Virus record (IMG/VR): IMGVR_UViG_3300009838_000005
DNA from: a virus
DNA length: 43,376 nt
Direction: 5' to 3' (one strand)
The notes beneath the pieces were generated by a model. That model did not search any database, was not told the origin of the DNA, and saw nothing but the letters and a program-made list of their open reading frames with translations. The position numbers and the translations under genes are program-made. Positions 1 to 7,198 of the stretch are shown here, piece after piece (positions within the stretch are counted from its first letter, which is position 1; every line of letters starts with the position of its first letter).

Positions 1-123
1 CATGACGGCGGTTGACGTTGTGTGGACGGCCACGGCTGGCGACTGGACGGCGGGCCGCTATGTCAGCATCCATGACGACACGTCCACCACGGACAAGCTG
101 ATGAACTCCTACGATTATGCGAG
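1..123. repeat. Circular-closure overlap, identical to 43254-43376
   Basis: The first 123 nt (catgacggcggttgacg...acgattatgcgag) recur verbatim as the last 123 nt. The repeat lies inside a CDS, so it closes a circle rather than forming a biological terminal repeat. Confidence 0.9.
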
Positions 124-193
124 TTCGTTCACCGTGGGCAACGGCGAGACCTTCACTCTCGACTTTGGTGCGAGCCTCGCCATCTTCGCATGA
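1..193 (+). CDS. 3' part of a wrap-around hypothetical virion-module protein (gene starts at TTG 43030; 138 aa on the closed circle)
   Basis: The frame is continuous with 43030-43376 across the overlap. Stop TGA 191-193 overlaps the next ATG (ATGA). The gene lies between portal and fibre genes. Confidence 0.6.
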   Translation, partial: MTAVDVVWTATAGDWTAGRYVSIHDDTSTTDKLMNSYDYASSFTVGNGETFTLDFGASLAIFA

Positions 194-552
194 GTGACGC
201 CATTCCGTGGGGCAACCAGCCCCGGACGCTTGCTTGGGAGCCGTTGGACAGTCAGCACATTCTGGCTTGCCCACGGCTTCCGCTGGAACGTGTGCTGCGG
301 ATGGCTCCGAGTGCGCGGCGGTTTTTCGAGAAGCTGGAAAACCACGCCCCGAATGAGTGCTGCCGTCAGGTGGCGAACATCGAGATTGAAGCCTGGTATT
401 CTTGCCCCACGGATCAGGCCAAGGGGATACCGGACATATACAAGCTGCACTGCTCTTGCGGGCGCTGTCATGTGTCATTCTGTGTTGGTGGAAGCAAGAA
501 CCCGGTGACGGGCGAAGTTACGCACCCGCGTCCATTTTGGGAAGTCCGATAA
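190..552 (+). CDS. Hypothetical Cys-rich protein (120 aa)
   Basis: There is an ATGA overlap with the upstream gene. The C-terminal half is Cys-rich (NECC...YSCP...LHCSCGRCHVSFC). Competing ORFs 194-508(+) and 115-471(-) look like off-frame shadows. Confidence 0.5.
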   Translation: MSDAIPWGNQPRTLAWEPLDSQHILACPRLPLERVLRMAPSARRFFEKLENHAPNECCRQVANIEIEAWYSCPTDQAKGIPDIYKLHCSCGRCHVSFCVGGSKNPVTGEVTHPRPFWEVR

Positions 553-1425
553 ATGGCCATTAGCCTAACACATACCACGGTCGCAGTTGGCACGGACGCC
601 GGGAACGGGGAAATTGCCAAGGCTGAGTGGAACGAAAACCACACAATCACGATGGCTGCGGATCGCCTGTTGGGCCGCACCACGGCGGGAACGGGCGCGG
701 TTGAAGAAATAACCGTTGGAACGGGCCTGACCCTCTCTGCCGGGTCTCTGGCCGTCACGGGGTCAACATATCAGCCGCTGGACAGTGAACTTACGGCGCT
801 GGCGGGGCTTGTCTCTGCCGCCGATAGGTTGCCTTATTTTACGGGCTCTGGCGCGGCATCACTGGCGACTTTCACGACTGCGGGACGCAATCTTTTGGAC
901 GATGCGTCCGCTTCCGACCAGCGGACAACGCTCGGCGTCGGGACAGGCGATAGTCCGCAGTTCACGGCGATTAATCTTGGACACGCTTCAGACACGACAC
1001 TGACCCGCGTATCTGCGGGCGTGATGGCAATCGAAGGCGTCAACGTTGTGACGACCAGCGCCACGCAGACGCTTTCCGGCAAGACGATCACAGACCTCAT
1101 TCTTGAAGGCGCGGTGGACGAGGAGGAGTTCACGATTACGGACGCGGCGGCGTTCGTCATCGACCCAAGCAACGGCAGTCTTCAGAAGATCACGCTTGTC
1201 ACTACCAGCCGCACGCCAGCGGCGGCTCCTGCGGGCTGGACGGCAGGAAAAGGCTTGCTACTCAAGATCAACGACGGCACGAACTGTACCATCAACTGGG
1301 GAACGCTCGGCGTCACGTGGGTCGGCGGCACTGCTCCCACGCTGGCAACGACCGGCTGGACTGTCGTGGCGCTGTGGCGCGATGCTGATGCGATCTACGG
1401 CAAGCACGTCGGGGATGTTGCCTGA
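553..1425 (+). CDS. Tail-fibre-like protein, cassette 1 (290 aa)
   Basis: Gly/Thr/Ala/Ser-rich fibre-type composition (GTGLTLSAGSLAVTG, DSELTALAGL, RTTLGVGTG). The C-terminal pattern W..G.APTL..TG matches the second fibre gene 18895-19767. A paralogous partner gene follows. Confidence 0.6.
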   Translation: MAISLTHTTVAVGTDAGNGEIAKAEWNENHTITMAADRLLGRTTAGTGAVEEITVGTGLTLSAGSLAVTGSTYQPLDSELTALAGLVSAADRLPYFTGSGAASLATFTTAGRNLLDDASASDQRTTLGVGTGDSPQFTAINLGHASDTTLTRVSAGVMAIEGVNVVTTSATQTLSGKTITDLILEGAVDEEEFTITDAAAFVIDPSNGSLQKITLVTTSRTPAAAPAGWTAGKGLLLKINDGTNCTINWGTLGVTWVGGTAPTLATTGWTVVALWRDADAIYGKHVGDVA

Positions 1426-2144
1426 TGCAGCCGATCTGGAAAAAGCTGCTGGCTCCTACTGCGGCCGGGAATATTGAGTTTGTCGGGGGGAGTATCACTT
1501 CGAAGGTTGGTGCAACATCGGGAAACTCGACGATCTCCTTGACGAGCGGATTAACGGGAGGAATTGCGTCGTCCGTGTCTGACGGAGATTTGGTTATTGC
1601 GGTGTTTGCGACAGGATCATCGGCAGACCGAACGCTTGCTATCACAGATGGAACAAACAACTACACGCTTATTGGTTCCGAACTTTGGTCAAATGATACA
1701 AACGACACAAACTTAAGGGTAGCGTACAAGTTTGTTTCCGGGGACACTTCGACCACATTCGGACCAACGGGCAACGCGCAAGATGCTGGAGCAATGGCTG
1801 TTTATGTGTTTCGCGGCGTTGATGCGTCTCCGTTGGATGTTAGCGCGACAACGGCAACGGGGTTGAGTTCAACGGCTGCTGATCCGCCTTCTATAGAACC
1901 TGTAACGGCGGGGGCTTTCATTGTTTGCATCGGTGCCACGAGCGAAGAGCCGACCTTTACTGTTCCTTCTGACCTCATAGACTTTTTGCAAGTCCGACAA
2001 ACCGATACATACCCGGTTGCTCTTGGGATTGGTCATAAAGATGACTGGACGAGCGGAGCATTCGACGCCGCTGCATTTGCTCCTAGTTTTAGTGATTCAA
2101 TCCCGTGTTGGGCGGCCATGTCTATTGCCCTTCGTCCAGCATAA
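1425..2144 (+). CDS. Fibre-associated protein, paralogue A (239 aa); putative distal receptor-binding or fibre partner
   Basis: TGATG overlap with the fibre gene. Full-length paralogue of 19772-20494 (shared SGLTGGIASS, VIAVFATGS..DRTLAITDGT, NLRVA.K, VYVFR.VD, AAM.IALR). Confidence 0.6.
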   Translation: MQPIWKKLLAPTAAGNIEFVGGSITSKVGATSGNSTISLTSGLTGGIASSVSDGDLVIAVFATGSSADRTLAITDGTNNYTLIGSELWSNDTNDTNLRVAYKFVSGDTSTTFGPTGNAQDAGAMAVYVFRGVDASPLDVSATTATGLSSTAADPPSIEPVTAGAFIVCIGATSEEPTFTVPSDLIDFLQVRQTDTYPVALGIGHKDDWTSGAFDAAAFAPSFSDSIPCWAAMSIALRPA

Positions 2145-2156
2145 GGAAGACATGAG

Positions 2157-2618
2157 ATGTATGCAAAGATAGTTGGCGGGTTGGTTGCGGTTTATCCTTA
2201 CACCATTCGCCAGTTCAGGCTCGACAACCCACAAACTTCTTTTCCAAAGGATATGTCCGAAAGCCTTTTGGCAGAGTATGGCGTTTACCCTGTAACGCGC
2301 GTTGAACAGCCCGCATATACGCTCACGCAAGACCCGGTGGAGCAGCAGCCACAACAGATCGACGGCGTTTGGACGCAAGTGTGGGCGATGGTGGATGTGA
2401 GCCCGGAGGAAGCTGCAAGGCGGCAGCAGGACGCGGTAGACGCAGCGCACGCTGAGGCCGTCAAGGTGGATGCCTTTGTCCAGAACTTCATCGCCATGAC
2501 GCCAGCCAAGGTCGAGAGTTACGTCGCCAATAACACGGCGAACCTTGGACAGGTCCGGGCGCTGCTCACGAAAATGGCGCTGATGCTTCTGGCGCTGGCG
2601 CGGCGGGAATATCGCTAG
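2157..2618 (+). CDS. Hypothetical protein, tail-fibre-assembly/chaperone-like (153 aa)
   Basis: The N-terminal pattern VYPYTIRQFRLDNPQTSFPKDMSESLLAEYGVYPV resembles phage fibre-assembly proteins. The gene lies just after a fibre cassette. The function is tentative. Confidence 0.45.
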   Translation: MYAKIVGGLVAVYPYTIRQFRLDNPQTSFPKDMSESLLAEYGVYPVTRVEQPAYTLTQDPVEQQPQQIDGVWTQVWAMVDVSPEEAARRQQDAVDAAHAEAVKVDAFVQNFIAMTPAKVESYVANNTANLGQVRALLTKMALMLLALARREYR

Positions 2619-2625
2619 TTAACCA

Positions 2626-3732
2626 ATGGCCGGGACATTTGACACTGGCATATTTGACAGGGGGATATTCGACCACCCGTTCAAGGAACTGGTGGCGGAT
2701 GCCGGTTCGTTTGTCTTCACGGGAACGGACGCAAGCCTTGAATATGGACGTGAGGTTGCGGCTGGTGCGGGCGCTTACGCATTTACCGGAACCGATGCAA
2801 GCCTTGAGTTGGGCCGCGAGGTTCTGGCCGGGGCTGGTGCCTACACATTCACTGGCACGGACGCCGCGCTTGAGTATGGCCGCAAGGTCATTGCAGACGC
2901 CGGAACCTACGGGTTCACCGGCACGGATGCGAACCTTGAGTATGGGCGGGAAGTCGCGGCTGGTGCTGGTTCCTATGCCTTCACGGGACAGGATGCCAGC
3001 CTAGAGTACGGGAGGGAAGTAACCGCAGGAGCCGGGTCTTATGCCTTTACCGGGCAGGACGCGGCTCTTGAATATGGCCGGGAGTTGGCCGCAGACGGCG
3101 GTTCCTACGCATTTACCGGCGTTGACGCCACGCTCATCAAGTCTGGCGGCGATAAGGTTCTTGGGGCGGACGCTGGCGCTTATGCCTTTACCGGGCAGGA
3201 CGCGGCCCTTGAACTAGGCCGGGAAGTCGCGGCAGACGCGGGTAGCTACGCATTCAGCGGCACTGATGCCGATCTTGAGCACGGGCGCGAACTGGCCGCA
3301 GAAGCCGGTTCATACGCTTTCACAGGGCAGGACGCCACGCTTCAGAAGACAGCGGCCTTGGCCATTGTGGCAGAGGCCGGGGCCTTCACGTTCACCGGCA
3401 CGGACGCAACGCTTGACTATTCCGGGGCTGCACAGGCCGCACCTGAACCGCCGCGATATGGTGGCGGCGCTCCGATCTGGTCCGAAGTCAGTTGGTTCCG
3501 CAAGAAGAAGAAGCCCAAGAAGGAAGAACTGATTGAGGAGGTTGCCGAGATTGTCGAACAGGCAGTCCCGGCAGTCACGGAGCAGGAAAGCCGCGCCGTT
3601 GCCCAGCGCATCGTTGCACAGGTCAGTTACGCGCAACTGCGGCAGATACAAACCTTGGAGGCGTTCATTGCCCGCGTAGAGGCTGAACTGGCCGAAATGG
3701 ATGACGAGGAAGTGCTGCTTCTTGCAGCCTAA
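2626..3732 (+). CDS. Tandem-repeat structural protein (368 aa, eleven ~22-aa repeats)
   Basis: The repeat consensus is GREVAAGAGSYAFTGQDASLEY, present 11 times. It is followed by PPRYGGG, a KKKKPKK stretch and an acidic helical tail. The gene lies in the structural operon. Confidence 0.7.
   Translation: MAGTFDTGIFDRGIFDHPFKELVADAGSFVFTGTDASLEYGREVAAGAGAYAFTGTDASLELGREVLAGAGAYTFTGTDAALEYGRKVIADAGTYGFTGTDANLEYGREVAAGAGSYAFTGQDASLEYGREVTAGAGSYAFTGQDAALEYGRELAADGGSYAFTGVDATLIKSGGDKVLGADAGAYAFTGQDAALELGREVAADAGSYAFSGTDADLEHGRELAAEAGSYAFTGQDATLQKTAALAIVAEAGAFTFTGTDATLDYSGAAQAAPEPPRYGGGAPIWSEVSWFRKKKKPKKEELIEEVAEIVEQAVPAVTEQESRAVAQRIVAQVSYAQLRQIQTLEAFIARVEAELAEMDDEEVLLLAA
2695..3435 (+). repeat. 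Eleven in-frame tandem repeats of ~66 bp (63-75 bp)
   Basis: The units were counted from the translated ORF and are aa 24-270 of the 2626-3732 product. Confidence 0.85.
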
Positions 3733-3744
3733 ACAGGAGTACCA

Positions 3745-4647
3745 ATGTCCGAGTTCTTGAACTCACTCAACACGCCCGACAATGCCCCCGGCCAGTCATG
3801 GGCCGCAGAGGTTGCCGCCGCAGAGGCTACGGAAGCCCCAGCGCCCGCGCCTGAGCCCGTTGCAGAGGAGACGGCACCAGAACCCGCCCCCGAAGCGGAA
3901 GCCGCTCCCGCGCCCGCAGAAGCCGCTCCTGAGCCTGCCGAAGATGACCGCCGCGTGCCGCTCAAGGCATTGCAGGAGGAGCGGGCCAAGCGGGCAGAGT
4001 ACGAGCGCAAACTGGCCGATTATGAGCGGCGCATGGCCGAACTGGAGCAGCGCACCAAGGCACCGGAGCCGGAAGCACAGACGGAAATTGACCCCGAAAC
4101 AGACCCTATCGGCGCACTCAAGGCCGCCCGCGACGAACTCCGCAAGATGCGCGAGGAGGCGCAGCGTCAACAGTATGAAGCGCAATTGAATAACATCGCG
4201 CACGCTGCCGCGACACAGTTTCAGCAGCAAGCCCCCGACTATCGGGACGCCTACCAATATGCACTCAGATCAAGAGCACAGGAGTTGCGTGTGCTTGGCG
4301 CGGATGACGCGACCATTCCGCAGATTTTGAAGCGCGAGGAGATGAACCTCATCGCAACCGCCGTGAACAGCGGGCGCAACCCGGCAGAGGCTATTTACGA
4401 GTTCGCCAAGGCGCGAGGCTACGCCAAGGCGGCTCCCGCGCCTGTTGCCGCTCCCGCTCCTGCCGCGCCCGATCCGGCGCTACAGCAGGCCAAGAAGGCG
4501 GTTGCCGCGTCTGCATCAGCAGGCGGTGCGCCCGCAAGCAAGGGCGAAATATCGGACGCCGATGCCGTGAACCTCAAGGGCGCGGCCTTCGATGCCTACT
4601 GGAACAAGAAATTTGGCGGGAATCGGTCTTCGATCTTCCGCGAATAG
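3745..4647 (+). CDS. Scaffolding protein (putative, 300 aa)
   Basis: AGGAG RBS. The N-terminus is Ala/Pro/Glu-rich and is followed by a long charged coiled-coil segment (ERAKRAEYERKLADYERRMAELEQ). The gene sits directly upstream of the capsid gene. Confidence 0.6.
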   Translation: MSEFLNSLNTPDNAPGQSWAAEVAAAEATEAPAPAPEPVAEETAPEPAPEAEAAPAPAEAAPEPAEDDRRVPLKALQEERAKRAEYERKLADYERRMAELEQRTKAPEPEAQTEIDPETDPIGALKAARDELRKMREEAQRQQYEAQLNNIAHAAATQFQQQAPDYRDAYQYALRSRAQELRVLGADDATIPQILKREEMNLIATAVNSGRNPAEAIYEFAKARGYAKAAPAPVAAPAPAAPDPALQQAKKAVAASASAGGAPASKGEISDADAVNLKGAAFDAYWNKKFGGNRSSIFRE

Positions 4648-4660
4648 CAACCCCTAACCC

Positions 4661-4768
4661 GGTGCCGCCGACCTCAACGGGCGTCCTTCGCTAGGCCAGC
4701 GTCAAAGGCCAAAAGGTGCCGCCAACCTGAATGGGCGCTTCGCCGCTGACCAGCGTCATTGGTCGGAA
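4661..4768 (+). repeat. Two tandem ~54-nt imperfect repeats in the capsid-gene 5' leader, each ending in a hairpin
   Basis: Both units start GGTGCCGCC(G/A)ACCT. Their hairpins are GGCC-agcgtcaaa-GGCC (4694-4710) and GACCA-gcgtcat-TGGTC (4748-4764), with a compensatory G-C to A-T change. Confidence 0.6.
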
Positions 4769-4800
4769 ATTCTCCAACACCACTTTCAGGAATTAGTGAA

Positions 4801-5189
4801 ATGGCTACAACCGATTATCCGGTTGGTCATCCGCTTGCCGTGAAGCTGTGGTCGAAGAAAATTGCGCGTGAAGCACTGAAGGAAACGATGGCCATGAAGT
4901 TCATGGGCACGTCTTCCAACAACCTCATTCAGGTTTTCGACGACACCAGCAAGGGCGCGGGCGACCGTATCCGAGTCCCACTCCGTATGCAGCTTTCGGG
5001 CCGCGGCGTGGGCGAAACCGATGCTCTGGAGGGCAACGAAGAAGCCCTTTCGACCTACTACGACGACACGCTCATCAATGATCTGGCGCACGCCGTTCGC
5101 GTGAAGACGACCATTGACGCCCAGCGCGTGCCGTTCAGTGTCCGTGAGGAAGCCCGTCTTGGCATTCAGGACTGGTATTCCGACCGCAT
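4801..5189 (+). CDS. Major capsid protein, exon 1 (HK97-fold, N4 gp56-type family)
   Basis: Starts at ATG 4801. The sequence MATTDYPVGHPLAVKLWSKK...FMGTSSNNLIQVFDDTSKGAGDRIRVPLRMQLSGRGVGETDALEGNEEAL is the N-terminal signature of this capsid family. The frame enters the intron after U5189. Confidence 0.8.
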
Positions 5190-5986
5190 TAACTCTGTCA
5201 GTGCCCTTGCTGCGTAAGCAGCATTGAATAACCCCGTGAATTGCTGGAAAACCTGACCATTTAGTTGCAGGCAATCAGCAGCCAAGCTTGAATTGTTGGT
5301 ACGCATATGCTATAAAAAGTGTATGGAAACCAGCAACCGGAAATGCAAGAAGTGCGGTGATGAAAAGCCGCTGGCCGAGTTCCCCAAGCACGACAAAGGG
5401 GGCCATCGGCACGAGTGCAAAGAGTGTCAGCGGAACAGAATACGTGGGTGGGAAGCCCGCAACGCTGACAAAAAGAAGGTAAACGCCAAGGCTTCATATG
5501 ACCGTCTGCGGGCCGATCCAGAGTGGAGGGAACGCAGAAACGCTCAGAAGCGCGTAAGCAGCGGCAATAATTATGCCGCCCGAACCCGCGATGAAGTCAT
5601 TGCCGCTTATGGTGGGCCGATCTGTGCTTGCTGCGGTGAAACGGAACCCAAGTTTCTGACGATTGACCACATCAACAATGACGGTCACCTTCATCGGAAG
5701 CAAGGGAATGGCGCTACCAATCTTTACAACCATCTGAAAGCAAGAAAATTTCCTCCAGGCTTTCAGGTTCTTTGCATGAATTGCAATTTCGGAAAGGCTC
5801 GAAACGGTGGCATCTGCCCCCACAAGAGCCGTCAAGAAGGTTCAGAGACTATCGCGCAAGCGAGTACGCTCAAGTGAGCGGAAGCGCGGGGCACCCGGAT
5901 AACGGGTGATGATATAGTCCGAACTCATCAGAAATGGTGAGCAGCCGAAAGGCGGTTGCGGCGTAACGCCCCGCAACGAACGTATG
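5190..5986 (+). mobile_element. Group I intron (797 nt) carrying an HNH homing endonuclease ORF
   Basis: Core elements are P 5239-5253, Q 5273-5283, R 5840-5854 and S 5908-5920. The internal guide TGTCAGTGC 5196-5204 pairs with the ligated exons GCAT|TGACA. The terminal base is G5986. A GNRA hairpin lies at 5208-5223. Confidence 0.8.
5323..5877 (+). CDS. Intron-encoded HNH homing endonuclease (184 aa)
   Basis: N-terminal zinc-finger cysteines (CKKCG...CKECQ). The HNH core is CACCG...LTIDHINNDGHLHR...NLYNHL...LCMNCNFGK. ATG 5323 is preferred over TTG 5293. The 3' end overlaps intron element R. Confidence 0.8.
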   Translation: METSNRKCKKCGDEKPLAEFPKHDKGGHRHECKECQRNRIRGWEARNADKKKVNAKASYDRLRADPEWRERRNAQKRVSSGNNYAARTRDEVIAAYGGPICACCGETEPKFLTIDHINNDGHLHRKQGNGATNLYNHLKARKFPPGFQVLCMNCNFGKARNGGICPHKSRQEGSETIAQASTLK

Positions 5987-6674
5987 TGACACGATGCTTG
6001 CCAACCAGTTGACGGGCAACACCGCCGTTTCGGACACGCTCTATACCGGCAACAACGCCGCTGTAGCGCCGTCGTCCGGCACGGGTGCCGATCGCCGCTG
6101 GATCATCCGTGAGCAGGACACCGAGTCCGACCACACCACGGAAGCCTCGCTTTCCACGTCCGACACCTTCAGTCTCAAGCTGCTGGATCGCGCCGTTGCG
6201 ATCGCAAAGACTTCCAGCCCGCTCATCCGCCCGATCAAGGTGGGTGCGCAGTCCTACTATGTCGCATTCCTCCATCCCTACCAGGTGAAGGACATGCGGA
6301 CCTCGACCAATACCGGCGACTGGCTTGATATCCAGAAGGCCGCGATGGGCGGGGGCGATGTGAACGACAATCCCATCTTTACGGGTGCGCTTGGCGTTTA
6401 CAACGGTGTCGTGCTGCATGAGTGGACCCGTCTGCCGAATGGCATCGGTGCGAACTCTGCCAACACCCGCCGGGCCGTGTTCTGCGGAGCGCAGGCTGTA
6501 TCTCTTGCTTGGGGCCAGGGTTATTCCGAAGCCCCCAAGTATATCGAGGATTTGTTTGATTATGACCGCCAGTTCGGTGTGTCGGTTCAAACGATAATCG
6601 GTGCCAAGAAGACGCAGTTCAACTCCAAGGACTTCGGCACTATCGTAATGTCAACCTACGCCGCAGCGCCGTAA
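5987..6674 (+). CDS. Major capsid protein, exon 2
   Basis: Continues as (I)DTMLANQLTGNTA...VAFLHPYQVKDMRTSTNTGDWLDIQKAA...FCGAQAVSLAWG, typical of the same capsid family. Exons of 389 + 688 nt give 1077 nt, a 358-aa product. Confidence 0.8.
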
Positions 6675-6689
6675 AGGAGGGAACCGAAA

Positions 6690-7139
6690 ATGGCTACCGC
6701 AACCTTTACCATCGCTGGTCCGATGGCGGCCTCGTACAAGCATAACGAGGTCATCACCAAGGTTCAGTCGCTTGTTTCGACTGCCACTTGGTCAAACGGT
6801 GACGTGTACGTTCTGAACAACATCAAGCTGCCTCACGGCGCTATCGTGACGGATATCAAGGTGAAGGGCTCCGTTGTAGACGGAACCTATCTGCTTGAGG
6901 CTGGCACGGTCGGCTCCGCTGGCGTGATTGACGTGTTCGGTTCGCGCACGTTCTCGGCAACCGCTGTTCTGGCGCTGACGACTTTCAGCCCCATCGTGCA
7001 GAACGTGCCTTACACCATATCAGTTAGCGACGATGCCGCAGACCGGTATCAGACGTTCGCTGTGCGTGTGGACGGTGCCGCGACCTCTGGAACGACCTCC
7101 GTGTCGCTTCAGTTCGTCGTGACCTACGTCTGCCGCTAA
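6690..7139 (+). CDS. Head-associated protein, possible capsid decoration protein (149 aa)
   Basis: Strong AAGGAGG RBS. The gene lies immediately after the capsid gene and before a terminator, and its composition is beta-rich (Val/Thr/Ser). The function is inferred from position only. Confidence 0.5.
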   Translation: MATATFTIAGPMAASYKHNEVITKVQSLVSTATWSNGDVYVLNNIKLPHGAIVTDIKVKGSVVDGTYLLEAGTVGSAGVIDVFGSRTFSATAVLALTTFSPIVQNVPYTISVSDDAADRYQTFAVRVDGAATSGTTSVSLQFVVTYVCR

Positions 7140-7146
7140 CGGCATC

Positions 7147-7172
7147 GGGGCGGGGGCTTCGGCTCCCGCCTC
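7147..7172 (+). terminator. GC-rich stem-loop after the capsid/decoration genes
   Basis: GGCGGGGGC-TTCG-GCTCCCGCC (one G.U pair) starts 8 nt after the stop. There is no clear U tract, so it may be a partial terminator or a stabiliser. Confidence 0.5.
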
Positions 7173-7198
7173 ATCCCCTCACATCACCAGGAGCATCA

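Noticed and set aside
1-123. The 123-bp end duplication read as genuine direct terminal repeats (T7-like DTR).
   Set aside because: The repeat sits in the middle of a coding sequence and the module order is P22-like (headful packaging). An assembler closure overlap is the simpler explanation, and it can be tested with read termini.
2695-3435. Whether the 66-bp tandem repeats here, or the hexamer array at 27655-27858, could be a CRISPR array.
   Set aside because: The repeats are contiguous with no unique spacers between them. They are in frame inside ORFs, and no cas genes are present.
5928-6590. A 220-aa - strand ORF overlapping the intron 3' end and capsid exon 2.
   Set aside because: It is antisense to a strongly recognisable capsid coding region and its composition is Arg/Gly-rich shadow. 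The same reasoning applies to 7526-8161(-), 11168-11860(-), 16772-17455(-), 41705-42283(-) and 42742-43326(-).
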